NCBI GenBank assembly: GCA_964496915.1
Contig: CAZCAX010000002.1
Span: 247,553-311,552, forward strand
Reading direction: 5' to 3'
Length of the DNA: 64,000 bases
DNA from: an uncultured Rhodobacter sp.
GTDB lineage: Bacteria; Pseudomonadota; Alphaproteobacteria; Rhodobacterales; Rhodobacteraceae
Both the position numbers and the translations under genes were made by a program. Each line of letters starts with the position of its first letter. The stretch's first letter is position 1. The notes beneath the pieces are model-generated. The model had not been told where the DNA came from. It searched no databases and saw only the letters and a list, made by a program, of their open reading frames with translations. This document shows, in pieces, positions 53,924 through 64,000 of the stretch.

Positions 53924-54487
53924 ATGCCCAAGATCAACGGTAACGAAATCAGACCCGGCAATGTGCTTGAGCACGACAGCGGGCTGTGGGTGGCAGTCAA
54001 GGTCAACCACGTCAAGCCCGGCAAGGGCGGCGCATTTGCACAGGTGGAGATGAAGAACCTGCGCAACGGCACCAAGCTGAACGAGCGCTTTCGCTCGGAA
54101 GACAAGGTCGAGCGCGTGCGGCTGGAACAGAAAGACCAGCAATTCCTGTATGAAAACGACGGGATGCTGGTTGTGATGGATATGGACACTTTTGAGCAGA
54201 TCGAACTTCCCGCCGACCTGCTGGGCGAGCGCCGCCCGTTTCTGCAAGACGGCATGACCGTGACCATCGAGTATTACGGCGAAGAAGCGCTCAACATGAC
54301 GCTGCCGCAGAAAGTGACCTGCAAGATCGTCGAGACCGAGCCGGTGGTAAAGGGCCAGACGGCTGCCAACAGCTACAAGCCCGCGATTCTGGACAACGGC
54401 GTGCGGATCATGGTGCCGCCCTTCGTCGGCACCGATGAAGACATCGTCGTCAACACCGAGACCTTTGAATATTCCGAACGCGCTTGA
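53924..54487 (+). CDS. efp: Elongation factor P
   Basis: [46 protein letters not shown]... Confidence 0.97.
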   Translation: MPKINGNEIRPGNVLEHDSGLWVAVKVNHVKPGKGGAFAQVEMKNLRNGTKLNERFRSEDKVERVRLEQKDQQFLYENDGMLVVMDMDTFEQIELPADLLGERRPFLQDGMTVTIEYYGEEALNMTLPQKVTCKIVETEPVVKGQTAANSYKPAILDNGVRIMVPPFVGTDEDIVVNTETFEYSERA

Positions 54488-54533
54488 CGACAACGACGCA
54501 CATGCCGCGACGGGGCTGCAAGGAGGCAGGACA

Positions 54534-54926
54534 ATGCGCTTAATGATGCTTGGCATACTGACGGCCGCAAGCCTTGCGGCTTGCGCACAGATGCAGCCCG
54601 CGCTTGTTCCGTCAGACTGGCAGGTGACAATGCTGGACGGCCGGGCGCTGACAGAAGAGGACCGGGTGACGATTCAATTCGCCGAGGGCCGCGTTTCAGG
54701 GCTTTCGGGTTGCAACCGCTACACCGGGCCGGTCACCTTGGGCGAAGAGAACGCGATCGAATTCGGCCTTCTGGCGACGACCCGGATGGCTTGTCCGGGT
54801 GATGCCTCCGAAATCGAGGCCGCATTCGTGAGGCAGATGGGCCGGATCGACAGCTATCGCTTTGAGCGTGGAAATCTGGTGCTGACGGCGCGCGGGGTCG
54901 AGGTGATGCGCGCGCAGCGGAACTGA
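54534..54926 (+). CDS. META-domain (HslJ-like) lipoprotein
   Basis: Lipobox LAAC, GCNRYTGP and TTRMACPG motifs. GGAGG before ATG 54534. Confidence 0.8.
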   Translation: MRLMMLGILTAASLAACAQMQPALVPSDWQVTMLDGRALTEEDRVTIQFAEGRVSGLSGCNRYTGPVTLGEENAIEFGLLATTRMACPGDASEIEAAFVRQMGRIDSYRFERGNLVLTARGVEVMRAQRN

Positions 54927-55015
54927 TTTGCGGCACGATCAGCGCGGGCACGTTCACGTGAAGCCCGCCTGACGGGGTGTGCCATGCGTTCAGCGCCCTA
55001 TATTGGCAATGACCC

Positions 55016-55642
55016 ATGCCGGAGGCCCTGATGCTCGATTCCAGACTGCGCCCGCTGATTGACCCGCCGTTGAACCGGCTGGGTTTCTGGTTGGCGCGGC
55101 AGGGTGTGCGGGCTGACTGGGTGACAGCCCTGGGCCTCGTCATGGGGCTGGGCGCGGCGCTGGCGGTTCTGGGTGGTGCCTGGCTTCTGGCGCTGGCGCT
55201 GGTGTTGGCCTCAAGGCTGGCCGACGGGCTGGACGGCGCTGTTGCTCGCGCGTCGCAGATCAGCGATTTCGGCGGTTTTTTCGACATTTTCGCCGATTTC
55301 ATCTTTTACGCAGCGTTCCCGCTGGCCTTTGTGCTGGCTGATCCTGCGTTGAACGGAGCGGCCGGAGCGTTCCTTCTCGCCGCGTTCTATGTCAACGCTG
55401 CCAGCTTTCTCGGCTTTGCCATTCTCGCCGAAAAAGCGCAGATGCACACCGATGCGCAGGGCCGCAAATCGATCTATTTCTCCAACGGATTGCTGGAAGG
55501 CGCCGAAACCATCGCCTTCTTTGTCGCCCTGTGCCTGTTTCCGGCGGCGTTTTCGCTGCTGGCGACGGTCTTTGGCGCCCTTTGCCTGCTGACCGCCGCC
55601 TTGCGCATGGTCGCTGCCGCGCGGCTGTTTCGGCGAAGCTGA
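55016..55642 (+). CDS. CDP-alcohol phosphatidyltransferase family protein
   Basis: DGLDGAVARASQISDFGGFFDIFAD (DGx2ARx8Gx3Dx3D), multi-TM. Confidence 0.8.
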   Translation: MPEALMLDSRLRPLIDPPLNRLGFWLARQGVRADWVTALGLVMGLGAALAVLGGAWLLALALVLASRLADGLDGAVARASQISDFGGFFDIFADFIFYAAFPLAFVLADPALNGAAGAFLLAAFYVNAASFLGFAILAEKAQMHTDAQGRKSIYFSNGLLEGAETIAFFVALCLFPAAFSLLATVFGALCLLTAALRMVAAARLFRRS

Positions 55643-55776
55643 GAACCCGTTGGTCCCGGGCTGTGATCACGCCTGCGCGATTTCAGCGCGGATTTTGCCC
55701 ATGACGGTCCGTCATATTTTGACCCCGCCTTCGCAAGGCCGTATAGACTGATCGCATCATCACCCGGAGCCCACCC

Positions 55777-58308
55777 TTGACCCGCGCCATTCTTTCCTTC
55801 TTCGGCGGCATCTTCAGCTTTCTTGTGCTGGGGCTGATCTTTGCCGCGCTGACCGTCGGCGGGGTGATCTGGATGTATGCCCGTGATCTGCCCAGCCATG
55901 AGCAATTGGCCAATTACAGCCCGCCGACCATCAGTCGCATCTATTCCGGCGAGGGGCGGCTGATTGACGAATTCGCACAGGAACGCCGGCTGTTTGCGCC
56001 CATCAGTGACGTTCCGCCGATGCTGCGCGCGGCTTTCATTTCGGCCGAAGACCGCAATTTCTATGAGCATCAGGGCTTTGACCCGCTGGCGATGGTTTCA
56101 GCCCTGCGCGATGCGATCATCTCGCGCGGCGAGAACCTGCGCGGGGCCTCGACGATCACGCAGCAGGTGATGAAGAACTTTCTCCTGTCGGGCGACCGTA
56201 CCGGCGAGCGCAAGATCCGCGAGATCATTCTTGCCTACCGTGTAGAGCAGACGCTGAGCAAGGATCAGATCCTTGAACTCTACCTCAACGAGATCTTCCT
56301 GGGCCAGAACTCTTATGGCGTGGTGGCTGCCGCGCAAAGCTACTTCAACAAGACCCTCGATGAGCTGACGCTTGCCGAAATGGCCTTTCTTGCCGCCCTG
56401 CCGCAGGCGCCGTCCGAATATCATCCGGTGCGCGCACGCGAGAGGGTGACGGCGCGGCGCAACTGGATTCTGGGGCAGATGGTTGAAAACGGCTATATCA
56501 GCGCTGCAGAGGCCGAGGACGCCGCCGCGCAACCGCTGGAAACCGTGCAGTCGGGCGATATCCCGGCCTTCCGCGAGGCGATGCCGCCGCGCGACTATTT
56601 CACCGACGAGATCCGCCGCCAGCTTTCCTCCAGCTTTGGCGAGGCCGAGTTCTTCACCGGCGGGCTGAGCATCCGCGCCACGGTCGATCCTGAACTACAG
56701 GTCAGTGCCGCCCATGCGCTCCAACGCGCATTGGAGCGGTTCGATCGCTCGCGGGGGCGCTGGCGTGGCACCGGTGAGACCATCGCTGCCGAGGATCTGG
56801 AAAGCGAAGAGCGCTGGCGCGTGGCATTGTCGCGTGTCCCCGTGGCGCGCGACATCACGCTGGACAACCCCTGGTATCCTGCCGTGGTTCTGGAGGTCAG
56901 CCCCGATGTGGCCCGCCTGGGCATCGAAGGGCAGGCTGATATCGGCACGCTGGAGCGCGCTGATATCAACTGGCTGCCCGGTTCGCTGTCCGATACGCTG
57001 AGCGTGGGCGATGTGGTTCATGTCCGCGCCATAACGTCTGACAGTGACGGAAGTTTTCAGCGCTGGTCGTTGCGGCAGGTGCCCGAGGTGCAGGGCGGGT
57101 TCATGGCGATGGATGTCAATACCGGTCGCGTGATCGCCATGCAGGGCGGGTTCAGTTATCAGCATTCGGTATTCAACCGCGCCACGCAGGCCATGCGCCA
57201 GCCCGGTTCAGCCTTCAAGCCCTTCGTCTACGCCGCCGCACTGGATTCGGGCTTTACTCCGGCAACCATCGTCATCGACGCGCCGATCGAGCTGGAAACC
57301 GCGCAGGGCATCTGGCGGCCAACCAATGCCTCCAACCAGTATTACGGCCCGACGCCGGTGCGCACCGGCATCGAGATGTCGCGCAACCTGATGACCGTGC
57401 GGTTGGCGCAGGAAGTGGGCATGGATGTGGTCGCCGGCTATGCCGAGCGCTTCGGTGTCTATGACCGGATGCAGCCCTTCCTGGCCAACAGCCTTGGCGC
57501 GCAGGAGACCACGCTTTTCCGCATGGTTGCGGCTTATGCGATGTTTGCCAATGGTGGCGAGCGCGTGGAGCCGACGCTGGTGGACCGCGTGCAGGATCGG
57601 TGGGGCCGCACCGTCTATCGCCATGACCAGCGTCGCTGTGTGGAATGCGCCGAGCCCAATCTTCCCGCCGGGCAGGCGCCCTGGATCGCCTCGGAACGCC
57701 AGCGCGTGATGGACCCGATCACCGCCTATCAGCTGACCTCGATGATGGAAGGCGTTGTTCAGCGCGGCACTGCCAGCGGCATCAACCTCTCGGTGCCGGT
57801 CGCGGGCAAGACCGGCACCACCAATGATTCGCGCGATGTCTGGTTTGTCGGCTACAGTTCGAACATCGCGGCGGGCTGTTATATCGGTTACGACCGGCCA
57901 CGCCCGCTGGGCCGCGGGGCCTCGGGCGGGGGGATGTGCGGCCCGGTGTTTCAGGAATTCATGCGCGACGCCATCCAGGAATTCGGCGGCACCCGCTTTG
58001 CCGTGCCGCCCGGTGGCCGGTTCATCCGCATTGACCGCTATTCCGGTGCGCGCCTGCCCGATGACGCCAGCGGCCCGCATGTGGTGGCCGAGTACTTCCG
58101 CGACGGGGCCGAGCCCGTGTTCGGCATCGATGCGCTGATCGACGGCGGCTTTGCAATGGGCATGAACCTGCCGGTGTTCGATCGGGGCGAGGGTGACGGA
58201 AGCGAGTTGCAGACGGGTGATCGCCAGGTGACGACCTCTACCGGCGAAACCACGGTTCTTCCCGGTCAGGCCACGTTCGGCACGCTCAGCTCGGGCGGGC
58301 TTTACTGA
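55777..58308 (+). CDS. mrcA: Penicillin-binding protein 1A (bifunctional GT51/transpeptidase)
   Basis: ISAEDRNFYEHQGFD, GASTITQQ (GT51), SAFKPFVY (SxxK), KTGTT. TTG start at 55777. Confidence 0.95.
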   Translation: MTRAILSFFGGIFSFLVLGLIFAALTVGGVIWMYARDLPSHEQLANYSPPTISRIYSGEGRLIDEFAQERRLFAPISDVPPMLRAAFISAEDRNFYEHQGFDPLAMVSALRDAIISRGENLRGASTITQQVMKNFLLSGDRTGERKIREIILAYRVEQTLSKDQILELYLNEIFLGQNSYGVVAAAQSYFNKTLDELTLAEMAFLAALPQAPSEYHPVRARERVTARRNWILGQMVENGYISAAEAEDAAAQPLETVQSGDIPAFREAMPPRDYFTDEIRRQLSSSFGEAEFFTGGLSIRATVDPELQVSAAHALQRALERFDRSRGRWRGTGETIAAEDLESEERWRVALSRVPVARDITLDNPWYPAVVLEVSPDVARLGIEGQADIGTLERADINWLPGSLSDTLSVGDVVHVRAITSDSDGSFQRWSLRQVPEVQGGFMAMDVNTGRVIAMQGGFSYQHSVFNRATQAMRQPGSAFKPFVYAAALDSGFTPATIVIDAPIELETAQGIWRPTNASNQYYGPTPVRTGIEMSRNLMTVRLAQEVGMDVVAGYAERFGVYDRMQPFLANSLGAQETTLFRMVAAYAMFANGGERVEPTLVDRVQDRWGRTVYRHDQRRCVECAEPNLPAGQAPWIASERQRVMDPITAYQLTSMMEGVVQRGTASGINLSVPVAGKTGTTNDSRDVWFVGYSSNIAAGCYIGYDRPRPLGRGASGGGMCGPVFQEFMRDAIQEFGGTRFAVPPGGRFIRIDRYSGARLPDDASGPHVVAEYFRDGAEPVFGIDALIDGGFAMGMNLPVFDRGEGDGSELQTGDRQVTTSTGETTVLPGQATFGTLSSGGLY

Positions 58309-58390
58309 GCGCGTTGGCCCGCACAAAAGCGATGGAGCGGGGGGCGCTGGCTGTGCTACACCGATGCCCGGAACCAAGCGGGGGAGGGGC

Positions 58391-59248
58391 ATGGCAGAGA
58401 CGGTCGAGATATTCGAGGTGGGCCCGCGCGACGGGTTGCAGAATGAAAAGCGTCTGATCCCGACCGCCGAGAAGGTGGCACTGGTCGATCTGCTGTCGCG
58501 CGCAGGATTCCGGCGCATCGAGGTGGCGTCTTTCGTCAGCCCGAAATGGGTGCCGCAGATGGCTGACAGCGCCGATGTTCTGGCGCAGATCACCCGCGCG
58601 CCGGGCGTCCGGTATGCGGCCCTCGCCCCGAACCTGCGTGGCTATGAGGGTGCGAAAGCGGCGCGGGCAGATGAGGTGGCGGTGTTTGCCTCGGCTTCGG
58701 AAGGGTTCTCGAAAGCCAATCTCAACTGCACGATCGAGGAAAGCATCGCGCGGTTCCTGCCTATTCTGGAGGCGGCGAAAGCTGACGCGATGCCGGTGCG
58801 TGGCTATATCTCGTGCGTCAGCGATTGCCCCTTTGACGGGCCGACCGATCCGGGCGCGGTGGCGCATCTGGCCGGGCGGTTGCTGGCGCTGGGCTGCTAC
58901 GAGATCAGCCTTGGCGACACCATCGGCCGCGCCACGCCGGAAAGGATCACCGCCATGCTGCGCGCCGTGCTGGGCGAGGTTTCGGCCGGGCAGTTGGCCG
59001 GGCATTACCACGATACCGGCGGTCTTGCCTGCGACAATATCGAGGCCTCGCTGGCGCTGGGGCTGCGGGTGTTTGATGCAGCCGTGGGCGGGCTGGGCGG
59101 TTGCCCCTATGCGCCGGGGGCTGCGGGCAATGTGGCGACCGAGGCAGCGCTGGCGCGGATTGAAAGCCTGGGGTTTGTCACCGGGCTTGACCGCGGCATC
59201 GTCGGCAGGGCCGGTGAGATGGCAAGAAAGATGAGGGCAGGGCAATGA
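58391..59248 (+). CDS. Hydroxymethylglutaryl-CoA lyase
   Basis: VEIFEVGPRDGLQNE, HYHDTGG, GLGGCPYAPGAAGNVATE. Confidence 0.92.
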   Translation: MAETVEIFEVGPRDGLQNEKRLIPTAEKVALVDLLSRAGFRRIEVASFVSPKWVPQMADSADVLAQITRAPGVRYAALAPNLRGYEGAKAARADEVAVFASASEGFSKANLNCTIEESIARFLPILEAAKADAMPVRGYISCVSDCPFDGPTDPGAVAHLAGRLLALGCYEISLGDTIGRATPERITAMLRAVLGEVSAGQLAGHYHDTGGLACDNIEASLALGLRVFDAAVGGLGGCPYAPGAAGNVATEAALARIESLGFVTGLDRGIVGRAGEMARKMRAGQ

Positions 59249-60030
59249 GTTACGAGACGATCCTGATAGAACGCGATGACCGGGGCGTGGCGCGTCTGGT
59301 TCTGAACCGGGCGGACAAGCACAACGCCATGAACGCGGATATGATCGCCGAACTCAGCGCTGCGGCGGCTGAACTGGCGGCGGATGATGCGGTGCGCGTT
59401 GTGGTGCTGACGGGCGCGGGCGACAGTTTCTGCGCCGGAGGCGATCTGGGTTGGATGCAGGCGCAGATGGCAGCCGACGGCCCCACCCGGGCCGCCGAGG
59501 CCGGGCGGCTGGCCGGTGCGCTGGGCGCGCTCAACACGCTGCCAAAACCGGTGATCGGGCGCATTCAGGGCCAGGCATTTGGCGGTGGAATCGGGCTAAT
59601 GGCGGTCTGTGATGTGGCAATCGGGGTGCAGGGCGCGAAGTTCGGCCTGACAGAAACCCGGTTGGGCCTGATTCCCGCCACGATCGGCCCCTATGTGCTG
59701 GCGCGGATGGGCGAGGCGATGGCGCGACGGGTGTTCATGTCGGCGCGGCTGTTTGATGCTGACGAGGCTGTGACGCTGGGCTTGCTGGCAAAGGCTGTCA
59801 AGACCGACGACCTTGATGCAGCGATCGAGGCCGAGGTGAAGCCTTACCTGTCCTGCGCGCCCGGTGCGGTGGCGGCGGCCAAGGCGCTGACGCTGCGGCT
59901 GGGCACGGCCCCCGAGCCCGAGGATATCGCCCATTCGATCCGTGAACTTGTCGCGCGCTGGGAAGGCGACGAGGCCGCCGAGGGAATCGCCGCCTTCTTC
60001 GGCAAGCGCAAGCCCGCCTGGGTGCGCTGA
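59245..60030 (+). CDS. Enoyl-CoA hydratase (crotonase family; methylglutaconyl-CoA hydratase-like by context)
   Basis: LTGAGDSFCAGGDL, GQAFGGGIGL, FGLTETRLGLIP. ATGA overlap with the HMG-CoA lyase gene. Confidence 0.9.
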   Translation: MSYETILIERDDRGVARLVLNRADKHNAMNADMIAELSAAAAELAADDAVRVVVLTGAGDSFCAGGDLGWMQAQMAADGPTRAAEAGRLAGALGALNTLPKPVIGRIQGQAFGGGIGLMAVCDVAIGVQGAKFGLTETRLGLIPATIGPYVLARMGEAMARRVFMSARLFDADEAVTLGLLAKAVKTDDLDAAIEAEVKPYLSCAPGAVAAAKALTLRLGTAPEPEDIAHSIRELVARWEGDEAAEGIAAFFGKRKPAWVR

Positions 60031-60284
60031 ACACGGGCGGTTCCGGGGTGTCGATACGCAAGGGAAGGGCTTCTCCCAAAAGGCAAGGCTGTGCGGTTTG
60101 GTGGCCTGTGGGGCGGCGGCGCTGCGACATTGTGCACAACGGCATGCAAATCGGTGCATTCCGCCTTTTCCCGGCGGAAGTTCGGCCCGGCTTTGGTTGA
60201 CCCTGCACCCAAGCAGGAGTAAACGAGGCACGAGCCGATCTCTCGCGACCGGCTCGTCCTACGAGCGCGCCAAAGGAGCCAGCG

Positions 60285-61174
<890 letters not shown>

Positions 61175-61186
61175 GAGGTTCTGCGC

Positions 61187-61786
61187 ATGTCTGAGCAACT
61201 TGAAGAACTCGCCGCGCTGATCAGGCTCAAGCAGGCCGATGCGGTGCTTGGTGCCGAGGTGGCCTTTGGAGAGCTGACGCTTACGGTCGTGGCGAGCGCC
61301 GTGCCGGGGCTGGTGCGGTTTCTGAAGGCGGACGAGAATTGCCGCTTCTCCACGCTGGTTGACATCACCGCCGTCGATTACCCCGCCCGCAAGGTGCGCT
61401 TCGAAGTGGTCTGGCACTTCCTGTCGATGTATCGCAACCAGCGCATCCGCCTGAAAGCTGCGGTGCGTGAGGATGAGATGGTGCCCTCGATCACCGATGA
61501 GCACCCCTCGGCCAACTGGTTCGAGCGCGAGGTGTTCGACATGTTCGGCATCCTGTTCTCGGGCCACCCTGACCTGCGCCGCATCCTGACCGACTACGGC
61601 TTTCGCGGCTATCCGCTGCGCAAGGATTTCCCGACCACCGGCTATACCGAGGTGCGCTATGACGAAGCCGCCAAGCGCGTGGTCTATGAGCCGGTGAACC
61701 TGGTGCAGGAATATCGCCAGTTCGATTTCATGTCGCCCTGGGAAGGGGCCGATTACATCCTGCCCGGCGACGAAAGGGCGAAGTGA
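61187..61786 (+). CDS. nuoC: NADH-quinone oxidoreductase subunit C
   Basis: [43 protein letters not shown]. Confidence 0.96.
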   Translation: MSEQLEELAALIRLKQADAVLGAEVAFGELTLTVVASAVPGLVRFLKADENCRFSTLVDITAVDYPARKVRFEVVWHFLSMYRNQRIRLKAAVREDEMVPSITDEHPSANWFEREVFDMFGILFSGHPDLRRILTDYGFRGYPLRKDFPTTGYTEVRYDEAAKRVVYEPVNLVQEYRQFDFMSPWEGADYILPGDERAK

Positions 61787-62682
61787 TGCCGCAACCGGCC
61801 ATCAATCAGCCGGACTGGCCGGAAGGGGTTCGCCTGCTTCTGGGGGTTGGGGCGCAGAAGGCGGGGACCAGCTGGGTCTATCGTTATCTGGCGGGCCATC
61901 CAGCCTGCCGGCCGGGGCCGATGAAAGAACTGCATTATTTCGATACAGTGGCCGGTATCAGCCGCGTGGGCAAGGTGCTGCACAACCGCAAGGAAAGGTC
62001 GCTGGCCCGGCGCGGCAATGGTTCGGCGCTGGCGGCTGTGCAGCGTCTGAAAGAGATATGCGCGGCACCGGATGCCAACCACCAGACCTATATCGATCTG
62101 ATGACGGACGGTTTGCGGCCCGGTCAGGTTGCGCTTGATATCACGCCCAGCTACGCCGTTCTGGATACCGACAGTTTCCGGCAGATGGCAGCGCTGGGTG
62201 ACACGCGGTTTGTGTTTCTGATGCGCGAGCCGGTTGCGCGGCTGTGGTCGGCGGTGCGGATGAAAATGGCCAAGAAGGTCGAAAATCCGGCAGAGTTCGA
62301 GTCAGCCTGTCAGGAGCGCCTCGATCTGATGCTGGAAATGGGCCGCGAGAAGGAATTCGCGCGTGCTGACTATGCGGGCACGCTGGTGCGGCTGGAACAG
62401 GCGGTGCCCACTAAGCGCCGTCTGGTGATGTTCTGCGAAGACCTGTTCACACAAGCAGCCGCCGACCGAATCTGCGATTTTCTAGAGATTGCGCGCCATC
62501 CGTTGGGCGCGCTGGGTATCGTGAACGAAGGCATGCGGGCGCAGATGCGGCCCGATCAGGAAACAGCACTGGCCGCCCGGTTGCGGCCGCAATATGAGGC
62601 GATCTGCGCGACTTTTGGCGATGAAGTCCCGCAGGCATGGCACGCACGCTTTGCCACACAGGCCCAACGGGTGGTGGCATGA
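61783..62682 (+). CDS. Sulfotransferase-family protein embedded between nuoC and nuoD
   Basis: [13 protein letters not shown] (5'-PSB-type P-loop KxGT[ST]) and [16 protein letters not shown] (3'-PB-type RxPxxRxxS). GTG 61783 / ATG 61786 overlaps the nuoC stop. Confidence 0.72.
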   Translation: MMPQPAINQPDWPEGVRLLLGVGAQKAGTSWVYRYLAGHPACRPGPMKELHYFDTVAGISRVGKVLHNRKERSLARRGNGSALAAVQRLKEICAAPDANHQTYIDLMTDGLRPGQVALDITPSYAVLDTDSFRQMAALGDTRFVFLMREPVARLWSAVRMKMAKKVENPAEFESACQERLDLMLEMGREKEFARADYAGTLVRLEQAVPTKRRLVMFCEDLFTQAAADRICDFLEIARHPLGALGIVNEGMRAQMRPDQETALAARLRPQYEAICATFGDEVPQAWHARFATQAQRVVA

Positions 62683-62716
62683 GCAGCAAGGCGGATCTGC
62701 GACGGAGGTTGCAACA

Positions 62717-63940
62717 ATGATGGACGGGGCAAAGGGTTTCAGCGACGCACTGACGGGCGAGCAGAAGATCCGCAATTTCAACATCAACTTCGGGCCCCAA
62801 CACCCGGCGGCCCATGGCGTGCTGCGTCTGGTGCTGGAGCTGGATGGTGAGCTTGTCGAGCGTTGCGACCCGCATATCGGCTTGTTGCATCGCGGCACCG
62901 AGAAGCTGATGGAAAGCCGCACCTATCTGCAGAACCTGCCCTATTTCGACCGGCTGGATTATGTGGCGCCGATGAACCAGGAACATGCCTGGTGTCTGGC
63001 GATCGAGCGCCTGACCGGCGTTCAGGTGCCGCGCCGCGCCAGCCTGATCCGGGTGCTGTATTCCGAGATCGGTCGCGTTCTGAACCATCTTCTCAACGTC
63101 ACCACGCAGGCGATGGACGTGGGCGCGCTGACCCCGCCGCTCTGGGGGTTCGAGGAACGCGAGAAGCTGATGATCTTCTATGAGCGTGCCTGCGGTGCGC
63201 GGCTTCACGCGGCTTACTTCCGCCCCGGCGGCGTGCATCAGGATCTGACGCCTGATCTGCTGAACGATATCGAAGCCTGGGCCGAGGAATTCCCCAAGGT
63301 GCTCGATGATATCGACGGCCTGTTGACCGAGAACCGGATCTTCAAGCAGCGCAACGCCGATATCGGCATCATCACCGAGCAAGAGATCCTCGATTGGGGC
63401 TATTCGGGTGTGATGGTGCGCGGGTCGGGGCTGGCCTGGGATCTGCGGCGCGCACAACCCTATGAATGCTATGACGAATTCGACTTCATGATCCCTGTTG
63501 GCAAGAATGGCGATTGCTATGATCGTTACCTTTGCCGCATGGCCGAGATGCGCGAGTCGACCAAGATCATCCAGCAGGCCATCGCCAAGCTGCGCGCGCC
63601 CGAAGGGCAGGGCGATGTGCTGGCTCGGGGCAAGATCACGCCGCCCCCGCGGGGCGAGATGAAGACCTCGATGGAAGCGCTGATCCATCATTTCAAGCTT
63701 TATACCGAGGGCTTCCATGTCCCCGCCGGCGAGGTTTACGCCGCTGTCGAGGCCCCCAAGGGCGAGTTCGGCGTCTATCTGGTGGCCGATGGTACCAACC
63801 GGCCCTACCGCGCCAAGATCCGCGCGCCCGGCTATCTGCATCTGCAATCAATGGATCACGTCGCCAAAGGCCATCTGCTGGCCGATGTGGCGGCGATCAT
63901 CGGCACCATGGATATCGTGTTCGGGGAGGTTGACCGTTGA
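62717..63940 (+). CDS. nuoD: NADH-quinone oxidoreductase subunit D
   Basis: [41 protein letters not shown] end. GGAGG before ATG 62717. Confidence 0.97.
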   Translation: MMDGAKGFSDALTGEQKIRNFNINFGPQHPAAHGVLRLVLELDGELVERCDPHIGLLHRGTEKLMESRTYLQNLPYFDRLDYVAPMNQEHAWCLAIERLTGVQVPRRASLIRVLYSEIGRVLNHLLNVTTQAMDVGALTPPLWGFEEREKLMIFYERACGARLHAAYFRPGGVHQDLTPDLLNDIEAWAEEFPKVLDDIDGLLTENRIFKQRNADIGIITEQEILDWGYSGVMVRGSGLAWDLRRAQPYECYDEFDFMIPVGKNGDCYDRYLCRMAEMRESTKIIQQAIAKLRAPEGQGDVLARGKITPPPRGEMKTSMEALIHHFKLYTEGFHVPAGEVYAAVEAPKGEFGVYLVADGTNRPYRAKIRAPGYLHLQSMDHVAKGHLLADVAAIIGTMDIVFGEVDR

Positions 63941-64000
63941 AAGCCGCCCTCGCCGCGCTTTTGCTGACCGTCGGTTTGCCCGCCTGGGCCGACACGCCCG
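63937..64000 (+). CDS. Possible start of a further non-nuo ORF with a signal peptide (partial, runs off the window)
   Basis: TTG 63937 overlaps the nuoD stop and reads (M)[20 protein letters not shown]... Only 21 codons are visible. Confidence 0.25.
   Translation, partial: MKAALAALLLTVGLPAWADTP

Noticed and set aside
55701-55715. Perfect palindrome ATGACGG-T-CCGTCAT upstream of the PBP1A gene, considered as an operator
   Set aside because: It is only 7-bp arms with no second copy and no adjacent regulator gene. That is too little evidence to call a binding site. It is recorded here so it can be checked if a motif search is ever run.
62447-63847. 466-aa minus-strand ORF covering nuoD. The same applies to 57208-58593, 22171-23190, 17115-18230, 13431-14384, 37066-38217 and 53804-54556.
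   Set aside because: All are antisense to strongly recognised genes (nuoD, PBP1A, ligA, lpxI/lpxB, bamA, tatA/B, efp) and none contains a recognisable domain.

Overview
High-G+C alphaproteobacterial chromosome segment with Rhodobacterales hallmarks: a SAM/SAH riboswitch on metK, an adjacent sciP-ctrA pair, lpxI, phosphatidylcholine synthase and a Hint_2-type protein. It is densely packed core genome, with about 70 protein genes and one tRNA-Gly. Conserved blocks are pyrH-frr-uppS-cdsA-dxr-rseP-bamA-skp-fabZ-lpxA-lpxI-lpxB, sciP-ctrA-ligA-recG, DUF484-xerC, priA, tatABC, surE-pcm-nlpD, prs, efp, PBP1A and the start of the complex I operon (nuoA-D). I see no rRNA, CRISPR array, IS element or prophage, and no large unexplained multi-gene island. 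All protein calls come from reading motifs in the supplied translations by eye. No database search was possible. Many start codons were moved inward from the ORF-track coordinates to the first start with a Shine-Dalgarno and a sensible N-terminus. The items most worth follow-up are all small: (1) a LexA-box / 41-codon hydrophobic ORF / terminator cassette after recG, a candidate SOS-induced membrane peptide; (2) a ~45-70 bp repeat family at four convergent gene junctions, one copy supplying the last codons and stop of lpxB; (3) a sulfotransferase-like gene translationally coupled between nuoC and nuoD; (4) a Hint-domain protein with Ala at the nucleophile position, paired with a tandem USP; (5) several orphan small or secreted proteins. 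The many long ORFs antisense to recognised genes are GC-driven shadow ORFs and were rejected.
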